Part shown: piece after piece, positions 10,301 through 18,482 of the stretch
Numbering within the stretch: the stretch's first letter is position 1
How the letters are laid out: every line of letters begins with the position of its first letter
Virus record (IMG/VR): IMGVR_UViG_3300025128_000209
Coordinates: 1 to 30,642 of that record
DNA from: a virus
Lineage: Duplodnaviria; Caudoviricetes
DNA: 30,642 bases
Reading direction: 5' to 3' (one strand)
Notes under the pieces: model-generated
Seen by the model: the letters and a program-made list of their open reading frames with translations, nothing else
Database searches by the model: none
What the model was told of the DNA's origin: nothing
Program-made: the position numbers and the translations under genes

Positions 10301-13300
10301 ATCAACTGCAGTATAATTTCCAACTATTAAATTTTCAAAAGTATTTTCAGACGTATCAAAAGGCCTCATCATATATCCTGCTCTGAAGTTTAATTTATCA
10401 ATCTTATTTAAGATTCCAGGAGAACCCCACCATCCATCTTCAGATTCAACTGATGTATACCAAGTTTTAGTATAATGTCCTCCTGCTCTTTCAGGGTCTT
10501 TAAAAATACTACCATCAGTAGGTTCTGCAGAATTAAAAGAATAATGATATAAGTGCTCCCCCTCTCTGTTTACACCTCTTACCCAGCTTGCTTGATTATC
10601 ACTCCTACCCCAACTAATATGGGAATCATTATACATTTCATAACTAGAAGTATGTGGATGTATCCATCCTGTATCTGGAGTACCATCACCATGTGCATAA
10701 TCAGCTGCACTTAGAGATGTAGTAATTTCACAACTACCAGTTGCTTGACTAGAATCAACACTTACTATATAAGCAGATATACCTCTATTATTAGTTGTTC
10801 TTGCAGAAAAATCAGCACCAGTAGCAGGTAAATTATCAGCAATATCATCATTATTAGCATTCTGTACTTTTGAACTTATAAAGACTAAATCCCCTGCTTG
10901 TAAATTAGCAACATCAGCTTTGGCATCTGATAATACAAAAGTTAATAAATTAATTCCAGATTCTGTTGTATTATCGGACGCTTTAATATCAGTATATTGA
11001 TATCCTTGTTTAGGTTGAAAATCCCCATAATGCATATCAGTACATATGAAGATACATTTATCCATAGAAACACTAGAAGGAGCTTCATGAACTGGATGTG
11101 CTTCCCAGCCTGAATCAGAATCTTCTCTATCTGCATAACCTTGCATTCCCATCCAATTTGCGTCCCAAGAATTACCAACCTGATTGCCCATGGCTTGTAG
11201 TTTACCAGCTCTTCTTCTCCAGTTATCTTCACAACCTCCTATAACTCCTACAGCATGAGCCGATACTCTTTGATGTAAGTTGCCATAAGGATGCTTTAAA
11301 TCAGCAGTAGACTGCATAGATTTACTACTAGGGACTACTACTCCTGTTCCATCTAGTACACCATCTCTATCATTATCTGATACAGGAAAAAGTCCATATT
11401 TAGCTACTTTTATACCAGGGGAATGAGGGAATGAAGCCCATCCAATATTATGCCCAAAATTAAAATAAGGACGACACCAATCGCCTTGAGATTCAGCAGA
11501 CCAACCTCCATTAGTTAAATCTTCACCTACTCTAGTATATATCCATTCAAGCACATGATTGCCTATTACAGTACTGGACCTCCTGGCTCCTTTAAAATAA
11601 GAGTGTGCATCTGCTAATTCATTATATTCTCCAGGAGATTCATAACCATAAAGGTTATGGCTTATAGGAATACTAAACTTTGCATCAAAAGCGTAATTAT
11701 GCCCACCAGTACCAGGGGCATTGTAATATTGTAAATTAAAAGGCCATTTATAAGAACTGTAAGTAGTAGTAGGTGGAGTTCTATCTGCCATATATATAAT
11801 AGCGTTTCCAGCAGTATTAGTAGCATTTGATTTACCGCAAAATAAAAATCTATCACCTTCTCCAAAAGTGCCATCTCCAGCAGGAGAATATTGAATCCAC
11901 AATCTTGTATCAAAATCTTCCGTATCGTTTCCATTGATAGCCTCTGTATCAGGAATAAATGTTGAAGTAGGCCCTTTAGTTTCCAGTATATCAGAAGCTA
12001 TTCCAGAAGGAGCAATACTTGGTGTACTCTCTTCAGACAATCCGCCAAATACTCCTGTAGTTCCACCTATATTGCCATTAACATTATCATTGCTCCATTT
12101 AAATGCTCTATATTCTAAATTCATACTACTTACTTGTAAAGGAGTAGTTAGCCATTCATCATATTTAACTTGTACATCTACTGTTGATATTTGTCCTAAT
12201 GAATTTAGAACATATATTTTTCCACCTCCTATACCTCCATCATCTCCTTTGCTATAGCAAGTAGCTATAGAAGATAAAGGATATGACAATGGAATACTTT
12301 TTTCTATTTTACCTGCAGTATACTCTGTATCTAAAGCTGGAGTTCCACTTCCATCAGTAAGCCTATCTCCAGGAGTAATTCTAAATATAGAGTTATCTCC
12401 TTCTCTTATACCATAATAGTAATAAGGTCTATAACAAATTCTTCCAGTATTACCATCTCTAGCTCCATTTGTTTGAAGGAAGTTGGCATCAGGAGGATTA
12501 GCATCTAAAGTAGTAAATCTTTTACAGACAAATGTATTATCATCCGTTCTAGTAGTTACCACCCAAACTCCTGTTCCAGCCCAAGTATTTGAAGCATCTG
12601 CCCATTCTCTTATTATAAGATTATCGCCTACATCAACGCTATGATTTGTATGGGTAATAGTCAAAACCGAACCTGTGCTAGACGATACTGCTACTAAATA
12701 CTCATGTTCTCCTGCTAAGGCTATCTTAGATAACATAGCAGAACCTTCTGTTCCATATTTATGAACAGTATCTTCATCTTGATATAGTTGATTAGTATTA
12801 TCAGAACCAAATAATTTATGATTAAGATAACCTAACCATTGAGGTGCAGGACTACCAGCAGTGCCTCCTAATCCTATATGTAATTCTCTATTATTCCTTA
12901 TGGCAGAAACTGTATCAGTATCAAAGTCTTGTAAGGCATATAATGATTTAGAGGGACTTGTAAAATCATAACTTAAACCATCTCTATTAAAACAATTTTG
13001 TATTATTTGAAAATCCTTATTACTTCTATTGTAAAGCATTAAATCTTTAGCACCTGAATTATCTAATACTGAAGTAGCTAATATAGGATTCCCAGTATTA
13101 TTATATATTAGAGTACTTTCTAGCAAATCTATCTGTGCTAAACAAAATTTATCTTCATCAGCATCAAGACTACTTGAAAATTCTATATCTAAATCAGATA
13201 TTTTTTCTAAATTTTTTGGTATTGTAAATTCATATTTAAATCTTCTCCAAGTAGTATCTAATGATTCTGATAAATTACTCCCATTAGGTTTATCTAAATC

Positions 13301-15511
13301 GCTAAAATTAATCCATCTTGTTTCTTGTGTTATATTACTAGCTGAAGATGTATAACTTCTATATAATGGGTCAACTATATAACCTTTAGATATTTCTGTA
13401 TTAGCAAGATTCCATTTTCCATTAGAAGAAAAACTTCCTCCATTATAAGTTAAAGATAATGCCCCTTTGGGATTACCATTAACTGATTTAGAGTAGAAAT
13501 ATAAACAATATTCTTGACCTCTTTTTAATAAAGACTTATCAATACTTTGTTTTATAGTATGATTTACATTTACATTAACTTGACTGTCATTTGGAATCTC
13601 TATAGCATTGCTATTATAACCTCTTGCAACGGTTATTTGTCTATTATTGATTGACAAAACTCTCATATATTCAGTGCTAATCTTTATAATATTCCCAGTA
13701 GCTAACTTTAAACTAGCGTCACCGTCTAATGTTATCGTAGATACATCTGGACCTATTGCATTTACTGTATCTGTATCTAAACTTATATCCTCATATTCGC
13801 ATTCAATAGCAAGAACTTCAGGGTTTGCTTGAAATGGATAAAAATTTTCTGAATTATCAGCAGCGGCATTTAAATCTTGACTATCATTATGTGAACCACT
13901 TTTCCAATATCCATCAGTATCCAATCTAGATACCTCTGTATCAGTAGTATCAGCCCAAACATTAGTTATTCCAGTTTTTTGATGCACCCAATCATTAATC
14001 TTATATGCTTTATCGGCTCCTGTATCTTGTGTTGCTGTATCTAATGAATGAAAAAGAGTACAATTTTTTATTAAACTTGATTCGACAAATACTCCTGTTG
14101 CATCAGTTCCATCTAATACATCTGTTACAGGGGCGGTATCCATTGTCCATGTAGTATAACCACCATCAGTTACTGTTTTTAATATAGTACCTGAATATCC
14201 ATGATTTGATGATGCTTCATGCATATAAAATGAAACATTATCTCCTTCATTAAACTCAGGAGCTTGTGTTTTAAACTTAATTGTTTTGTCAGTAGCACTA
14301 AATGTTATTTCATAAGTACTTGATGATACCATATAGCCATTTTTAGCTTTTGTTGCAGTATCAGAAGAATATAACCAATGTCTACCACTACCACCTATAT
14401 TATTACCTGAATAGCTACTCCATTCATATAAGTTACAATAGCCATAATCAGTAGTATAAAATTCATCATTTATTAAATATTTATTAGCATATATATCGTA
14501 GATTGCAGAAGTATATTCTTTTTTCTTAGTTCCAAATAAACCTCTTTGTATTCTAATAGTAGTTCCTGAAGTAGATACTACACGCATTATTTCTGTATTA
14601 TCGCTACTATCTACATTATAAGTAGCAGAAGTCCCTATTAACGAAAAGTATGTACCAGCAGTTAAATAATGTGATACACTTCTTTGAGCTAATTGTAAAT
14701 TAAGAAGTGCAGTAGCTCTAGTCACCGTTATTCTATCTCTATGTCCATTTTCACTATTTAAAGCAGTTTCTATCTCAGCTGCAACACCAGCTAGAGTACT
14801 TTCTCCCTGCACATCAATTCTGGTCCAAGTTCCTCCACTAGTATCTTGTGTGCCACTAGCACCTGAGCCGTCATTATAAAATTTATATATCACTACTCTA
14901 TTATCAGGAGTTGTGATAGTAAATGTATCCCCAGCAAGTTGAGCTGGGTCGTTTTCACCTACTGTTATAGTAGCTACTCCTTCAGTAAATCCACTAATAG
15001 CTATATCTGTAGGGGAACCTGTTATAGTTTGGTCTTCTGATAATATAGTTATTTCAGTATCTGTTGGATTGATTGTAGAAGCTGGTTTATAATTAACATC
15101 TTCATTTGCGGACAGAATTAATTTACGAGCATAAGGTCTAGGGTTGACAGCAGTCAATCTTTCATTTCTTCCTTTAGTTCCTTTAAAAGATAAAGAAGCG
15201 CTATCTTTCCCCTGAAATACATCTAAGTTTATTTTCATAGGAGAACTAAATGAATCACTTCCTCCTGCACCTAATTCAGAGCTATTTTCATTTCCTGAAT
15301 GCCCCCAAGGAATAGGTAAGTCAGAATATGTAAATGCTCCAGACGATAAAGCGAATAATTCATCTGTATTTATAGCACTTAATATTCCACTTTCTGATTC
15401 TGGATTAATGTTTAATGCAAATATAGATGCATCTTCTATTACATCTCTTTCAGAAGCATTTAAAACAGTTCCTTTTATGAAACCTCTTATTTCCTTTAAT
15501 TGCTTAGGCAT
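7325..15511 (-). CDS. Giant tail nozzle/stabilisation protein (P22 gp10/T7 gp12-like termini) with large inserted beta-rich domains, 2728 aa
   Basis: N-terminus MPKQLKEIRGFIKG...ALNINP...GIL and C-terminal GVGCINKDAIIVTEYGMFFADKNGAYFHDGSQPIKISQPI and RGRWLQFKLEN match the pattern of podovirus nozzle beta-propeller proteins; the interior is T/S/D/G/N-rich with repeated small beta modules. Confidence 0.7.
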   Translation of the reverse strand: MPKQLKEIRGFIKGTVLNASERDVIEDASIFALNINPESESGILSAINTDELFALSSGAFTYSDLPIPWGHSGNENSSELGAGGSDSFSSPMKINLDVFQGKDSASLSFKGTKGRNERLTAVNPRPYARKLILSANEDVNYKPASTINPTDTEITILSEDQTITGSPTDIAISGFTEGVATITVGENDPAQLAGDTFTITTPDNRVVIYKFYNDGSGASGTQDTSGGTWTRIDVQGESTLAGVAAEIETALNSENGHRDRITVTRATALLNLQLAQRSVSHYLTAGTYFSLIGTSATYNVDSSDNTEIMRVVSTSGTTIRIQRGLFGTKKKEYTSAIYDIYANKYLINDEFYTTDYGYCNLYEWSSYSGNNIGGSGRHWLYSSDTATKAKNGYMVSSSTYEITFSATDKTIKFKTQAPEFNEGDNVSFYMHEASSNHGYSGTILKTVTDGGYTTWTMDTAPVTDVLDGTDATGVFVESSLIKNCTLFHSLDTATQDTGADKAYKINDWVHQKTGITNVWADTTDTEVSRLDTDGYWKSGSHNDSQDLNAAADNSENFYPFQANPEVLAIECEYEDISLDTDTVNAIGPDVSTITLDGDASLKLATGNIIKISTEYMRVLSINNRQITVARGYNSNAIEIPNDSQVNVNVNHTIKQSIDKSLLKRGQEYCLYFYSKSVNGNPKGALSLTYNGGSFSSNGKWNLANTEISKGYIVDPLYRSYTSSASNITQETRWINFSDLDKPNGSNLSESLDTTWRRFKYEFTIPKNLEKISDLDIEFSSSLDADEDKFCLAQIDLLESTLIYNNTGNPILATSVLDNSGAKDLMLYNRSNKDFQIIQNCFNRDGLSYDFTSPSKSLYALQDFDTDTVSAIRNNRELHIGLGGTAGSPAPQWLGYLNHKLFGSDNTNQLYQDEDTVHKYGTEGSAMLSKIALAGEHEYLVAVSSSTGSVLTITHTNHSVDVGDNLIIREWADASNTWAGTGVWVVTTRTDDNTFVCKRFTTLDANPPDANFLQTNGARDGNTGRICYRPYYYYGIREGDNSIFRITPGDRLTDGSGTPALDTEYTAGKIEKSIPLSYPLSSIATCYSKGDDGGIGGGKIYVLNSLGQISTVDVQVKYDEWLTTPLQVSSMNLEYRAFKWSNDNVNGNIGGTTGVFGGLSEESTPSIAPSGIASDILETKGPTSTFIPDTEAINGNDTEDFDTRLWIQYSPAGDGTFGEGDRFLFCGKSNATNTAGNAIIYMADRTPPTTTYSSYKWPFNLQYYNAPGTGGHNYAFDAKFSIPISHNLYGYESPGEYNELADAHSYFKGARRSSTVIGNHVLEWIYTRVGEDLTNGGWSAESQGDWCRPYFNFGHNIGWASFPHSPGIKVAKYGLFPVSDNDRDGVLDGTGVVVPSSKSMQSTADLKHPYGNLHQRVSAHAVGVIGGCEDNWRRRAGKLQAMGNQVGNSWDANWMGMQGYADREDSDSGWEAHPVHEAPSSVSMDKCIFICTDMHYGDFQPKQGYQYTDIKASDNTTESGINLLTFVLSDAKADVANLQAGDLVFISSKVQNANNDDIADNLPATGADFSARTTNNRGISAYIVSVDSSQATGSCEITTSLSAADYAHGDGTPDTGWIHPHTSSYEMYNDSHISWGRSDNQASWVRGVNREGEHLYHYSFNSAEPTDGSIFKDPERAGGHYTKTWYTSVESEDGWWGSPGILNKIDKLNFRAGYMMRPFDTSENTFENLIVGNYTAVDSPSMPDTIYHLKNSNKLHYHVNNSAVNNQFANRLFIASPTEEGKSNVYICDLNFMYPDEGSYVPDVVNVPAQGSPTDNWDGFPAFTTNSNTWNRGGDDWDVLIAGKLDSSPYISTAVADHPNATLCPVVAIDTDADDIYHGFKWLSNAGITHQTSRDGSSSCNHGDRHGIASVPNRLAGACLTIVDQTTGTMQTRQIVGSRPYLSSEDPNYTPAEGEILYLDVHYPFGHAPAANDYFYIWSHADVCTAPVRLLKETPLPYGLPNANKQDPTLGAPMYPKSGTIASISGSGSLVTVTTDNIHFLTSNDYVEISDTVNYNEASYKVTVVNPKIFRFASTVTPSETIGNWKLLPTGESSAANPMLLDIYTPTIKTTFGGLDMRKLRGGEVSAIADDTDDIRLTSANHRLSAGDSITHKSDSTAAQDGTYIVKVGAGALPSATEDTFDVANTTSTNTPGDWTTNQWESVVMERGNQSKLGEIRSGFNSWDKGNIAGNIARYDTDEDASSFLAVGDSFVEIKAASETADSGDYFLSNNNYHYKISLIYDGYQEGPLSDGTWIYNDSVTRSLLSVSIKLAQYSKRLSHVCIYRKDSGFDLYKLVKEIKTDTAWSFSDGAYKVTVNDDGELGASYEARTGMSELLDTIQLKYGMSTKIDGYLFAADCSHKRIKKSSNLIFRSRPGMFSVFDYVRDYLTLDSKPTALANFNGRLYAFDANTIYRINQQNLAIEDFYEGVGCINKDAIIVTEYGMFFADKNGAYFHDGSQPIKISQPIHRGGDVSTTFGGTDNIKDVSWDNIVSKSDFNDIKVTYDSNMSSILFIINYLGTETDGTSKSIQYIWSYHVLYKRWDLWELSENSMIGKPFHGDDGSIYIPINNAIFKHRGGSEKRDYTWVSKKITAGEDSVVKVFNRIKLNAISNNVNLGGSNMESSDRLLLATNEGTIASSDVSYTSKDSNHSEYKISSSNKRGRWLQFKLENMTEDLDSVGIIFRKKAVK

Positions 15512-15596
15512 CTACATATATCCAGTCTATATCCTTAGATGATACCCAGTAATCTTCTGGAAGTATTATTTGTTTCCGTCTAGTAACTCTCCCCAT
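15504..15596 (-). CDS. Small bridging ORF, 30 aa (MGRVTRRKQIILPEDYWVSSKDIDWIYVDA)
   Basis: Hand-found. GGAG lies 9 nt upstream of the ATG inside the phosphoesterase 3' end; the ORF fills the 54-nt gap and its stop overlaps the nozzle start (ATGCCTAA). Confidence 0.5.
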   Translation of the reverse strand: MGRVTRRKQIILPEDYWVSSKDIDWIYVDA

Positions 15597-16348
15597 ACTG
15601 TTGTTCTCCCGTCTATAATTTGAACTACATCAACAGTAAATCTACCGCCTTTATAGTAATCTACTATCGCAAATGCATGAGCCCACTTATGTTGTCTACC
15701 ACCTAGCCATGCGTTCTTTTCTGAACTCATGTCTTTTAAACAACCTAAAGACCAAGCTGACTTAGGACCATCCATATATGTAACACTATCTTGTTGCAGG
15801 GAATGATGATGTCCATACATTATGTTAGCACCTAGTTTTCTCAGATGATTCGCTGCGTGATATTGTCCGCCAAAATGGTGCCCATGATAAAAATAGAGCT
15901 TTCCTATTTTAAGATACTTTCCTGGTTCATTGTACTTGTATCCTCTATCCTTGAAATTACACACCTTTTCAAAACGATAGTCTAGATAAGGATGCTCTTC
16001 TACGAATCTATCTAACCATTCATCATGATTCCCTGCACAAATATATTTCTTTTTACAGTCTACTTTGTCAAGTGATTCATCTATTATGTCAAGTAACTCA
16101 TTTACTGCTTTTACATCTTCGTCCACTTTTGGCATTATATATTCCAATGGTGGCTTTTTCTTTCTCTTCCATTGCCAATGCGACACGCTAGAGAACTCTC
16201 CTAGGTCACCTAAATCGATGTAAATATTTGGCTTGACCAGTTCTATAGCTTTGCAAACAACATTGATTGCCGCTTTATCATGCAACGGAGCGTGTTTATC
16301 GGGAGTAACAATCGCACGATTGATTACGCCATTGCTTTTCTTTTTCAT
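15566..16348 (-). CDS. Calcineurin-like metallophosphoesterase, 260 aa
   Basis: All five motifs in order: DxH (PDKH), GD (LGDLGE), GNHD/E (GNHDEW), HG (YHGH), GHxH (GHHH). Confidence 0.9.
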   Translation of the reverse strand: MKKKSNGVINRAIVTPDKHAPLHDKAAINVVCKAIELVKPNIYIDLGDLGEFSSVSHWQWKRKKKPPLEYIMPKVDEDVKAVNELLDIIDESLDKVDCKKKYICAGNHDEWLDRFVEEHPYLDYRFEKVCNFKDRGYKYNEPGKYLKIGKLYFYHGHHFGGQYHAANHLRKLGANIMYGHHHSLQQDSVTYMDGPKSAWSLGCLKDMSSEKNAWLGGRQHKWAHAFAIVDYYKGGRFTVDVVQIIDGRTTVWGELLDGNK

Positions 16349-16365
16349 ATATTAAAAAACCTTAC

Positions 16366-16698
16366 TTAATTGAATTCATCTTTAGGACGATAACCCCAAT
16401 CACTCGGGTTAGTCCAATATGCTTTGGCGGATTGTAATTCCTTCTCTGTTTTATCGAGTGTATACTTTAAATACATATAATTACAATCATCACATTCCCA
16501 AAGCAATATGCCATCTTTATCGGCACCCATTACTTCTATTCCAGATACTTCTTCTGATAGACAATGCGGGCAAACTGGAGGAACTGTTTTGAAGATATTA
16601 TATCTAAATTCTTCATCAACAAGTTGCTTCACTAAACTTCCTTTTAGCTCACCCACTAAGTCTACAACTAGAATCATTTTGTTACTAAGCTTATCCAA
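16366..16698 (-). CDS. Zinc-ribbon protein (CPHC...CDDC), 103-110 aa
   Basis: Two CxxC pairs. The track start is TTG at 16698; an alternative ATG lies at 16677. Confidence 0.7.
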   Translation of the reverse strand: MDKLSNKMILVVDLVGELKGSLVKQLVDEEFRYNIFKTVPPVCPHCLSEEVSGIEVMGADKDGILLWECDDCNYMYLKYTLDKTEKELQSAKAYWTNPSDWGYRPKDEFN

Positions 16699-16843
16699 CT
16701 TTATTCTTTATAGCTTCGTAAACTGGTTTAAGAACCATGTCAAATATAACATCGTCTTTTTTTGAAGGCGATAATTTTATAACTTTTTCTAATACATAGA
16801 AAGCTAATAAAATCCATTGCCAATTACCTAGAATCCATTGCAT
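16691..16843 (-). CDS. Small holin-like membrane protein, 50 aa (MQWILGNWQWILLAFYVLEKVIKLSPSKKDDVIFDMVLKPVYEAIKNKVG)
   Basis: Hand-found, below the track cutoff. Strong SD AAGGAG; hydrophobic Trp-rich N-terminus and a (T/S)PxxxDD turn seen in small phage holin-like proteins. Holin function is an inference. Confidence 0.65.
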   Translation of the reverse strand: MQWILGNWQWILLAFYVLEKVIKLSPSKKDDVIFDMVLKPVYEAIKNKVG

Positions 16844-16855
16844 AGGATATTCTCC

Positions 16856-17026
16856 TTATTTGATTAGTTTTTGTAACTTCTTGAGTTTTTTCTCAAGCTT
16901 TGCGACTTTATCATCAAGTTCGTTTGGCTCCTGAACATACTTTTGAATACCATCTAAATCGAACTTTTTCATAATTCGTTTCATAACTAAATCTAATACT
17001 TTTTTTATAATAATTCCTTGTAACAT
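16856..17026 (-). CDS. Small amphipathic/coiled-coil protein, 56 aa (MLQGIIIKKVLDLVMKRIMKKFDLDGIQKYVQEPNELDDKVAKLEKKLKKLQKLIK)
   Basis: Hand-found. AAGGA upstream; fills the gap; heptad-patterned C-terminus. Confidence 0.7.
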   Translation of the reverse strand: MLQGIIIKKVLDLVMKRIMKKFDLDGIQKYVQEPNELDDKVAKLEKKLKKLQKLIK

Positions 17027-17027
17027 T

Positions 17028-17192
17028 TTATTTTTTTTCCTTTAACTGTTTTTTGCAACAATCACATGTAACAAAATCCCTAGGTGAATGAGCTATTTTT
17101 TCTAGAGCTTCCAATCGTTTCCGTAAATCAATATAATCCCGCCTACAAAGACAATTAAGAAACCCAGTAAAAATGCCCCAATCTCTCCCATC
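17028..17192 (-). other. Open, protein-like reading frame lacking an ATG (...DYIDLRKRLEALEKIAHSPRDFVTCDCCKKQLKEKK*), overlapping the 29-aa membrane ORF in the -1 frame
   Basis: 55 codons including TAA at 17030-17028, ending 1 nt before the next ATG; coiled-coil segment plus CxxC. The only candidate start is an internal TTG. Confidence 0.35.
17102..17191 (-). CDS. Single-pass membrane microprotein, 29 aa (MGEIGAFLLGFLIVFVGGIILIYGNDWKL)
   Basis: Hand-found. ATG overlaps the upstream stop (TGATG); continuous ~20-residue hydrophobic helix. Confidence 0.55.
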   Translation of the reverse strand: MGEIGAFLLGFLIVFVGGIILIYGNDWKL

Positions 17193-18246
17193 AGAATCTA
17201 TAATTTACCCCCATGCTTATATTATGTTCTTCTCGTCCATAATAACTTAATTTACTACCCTCAATAAAGACCCCAATATGCTCACTTAGGTTAGCACCAA
17301 CCAGAGTTCCAACGTCATATTGAATGCCATCTCCCTTATAAGACTTCTCTGTCAAGCCCTTTGAATAGGGATATGCATTAACCCAAATATGGGAATAAAA
17401 TCTTTCACCGCCTACATAACAGTCTATACCAATAACTACGCTTATCTCTGCTTGCCATTCTTTAACTTTGTTTTCTTCGTTATATTGCTCTATAATACCT
17501 GGCATATGGTATTCATAAAACTCTGCATCAGAATAAGCGACTGCATTAGAGTCGGGGTCTGTCCAATAATAATCAGCATCCTCATAATAATATTGCCAGA
17601 AACCATCCTCTGTGTCAGGGTCTGTTTCAACCCATAAATAATAACTATCAATTTCTCCATTGTCATTTAAATCATTTAAAGGTACTAAATAATCTTGATA
17701 TCCATACTCATATGCAAGATACCACCAAGGGTCTTCATAGTCCTCATATGCAGGATGTCCATATACTGGATGCCCCATTACATTAGTACCTAAAGATAAG
17801 AATACAGAACCCATAGTAAACTTAACTCTAGTATCTATATATGCAAGTTGTAAGTCTCTACTTTCTTTCTCTAAATACTTAACTTTAGCAATAAAGCGAT
17901 TATTTGACCATTTTAGCCAGTATTCTTGGTCTATGAAGGCATGACCCCTATTTCTTACAGAACTCGCTGAAATGAGGTATTCTAAGCCGTCTACAGCACC
18001 AAATAAAGCATTATCACTGAGTGCTGATTCTTCGCCTTTATAAAATTTCTTTGATGATTGATAAGGAAATAAGGCTATTTTCCTTATACCAATGTTATAT
18101 TTATAGTCATCTTTTAACTCTATATTACCATTTATATAGGGCGTACCCATTGAGCCAGACACATATAAAGTCGAGTTATCAAATAGCCCACCAAAAAGTA
18201 AACTAACATACGTAACCAAATAACATATAATTCTTTCATAAGCCAT
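17191..18246 (-). CDS. Predicted exported outer-membrane beta-barrel protein, 351 aa
   Basis: Signal-peptide-like N-terminus (MAYERIICYLVTYVSLLFG), alternating amphipathic strands, and C-terminal HNISMGVNYRF ending in Phe (BAM beta-signal pattern); acidic/aromatic insert with DLNDNGEID. Confidence 0.65.
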   Translation of the reverse strand: MAYERIICYLVTYVSLLFGGLFDNSTLYVSGSMGTPYINGNIELKDDYKYNIGIRKIALFPYQSSKKFYKGEESALSDNALFGAVDGLEYLISASSVRNRGHAFIDQEYWLKWSNNRFIAKVKYLEKESRDLQLAYIDTRVKFTMGSVFLSLGTNVMGHPVYGHPAYEDYEDPWWYLAYEYGYQDYLVPLNDLNDNGEIDSYYLWVETDPDTEDGFWQYYYEDADYYWTDPDSNAVAYSDAEFYEYHMPGIIEQYNEENKVKEWQAEISVVIGIDCYVGGERFYSHIWVNAYPYSKGLTEKSYKGDGIQYDVGTLVGANLSEHIGVFIEGSKLSYYGREEHNISMGVNYRF

Positions 18247-18482
18247 TACTCTGTACCGCCTTCACCGCTAGAGCCAGTGTTACCTTCCCCTCTATGACGC
18301 CCACCAGAAGTCCCTTCTTTTCCTCTATCTGAATTTACCTCTATAGCGTCATTTTTAAATGTATCTTTACGCTCTCTATCTACACTCTCAGGAGAATAAG
18401 CTTTGGTTAAAGTATGCAAATCAACAGAAACTCTCTTTTTGCCAAATCCTTCTATGTGTTGTATAAACTTGTCTAGTTCCAT
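18246..18482 (-). CDS. Hypothetical protein with Gly/charged low-complexity tail, 78 aa
   Basis: TAATG-coupled at both ends; no recognisable family. Confidence 0.65.
   Translation of the reverse strand: MELDKFIQHIEGFGKKRVSVDLHTLTKAYSPESVDRERKDTFKNDAIEVNSDRGKEGTSGGRHRGEGNTGSSGEGGTE

Noticed and set aside
10942-11934. Nested minus-strand ORFs 10942-11232 and 11662-11934
   Set aside because: Out-of-frame ORFs inside the uninterrupted 2728-aa gene; their I/L-rich composition is what a shifted AT-rich frame gives.
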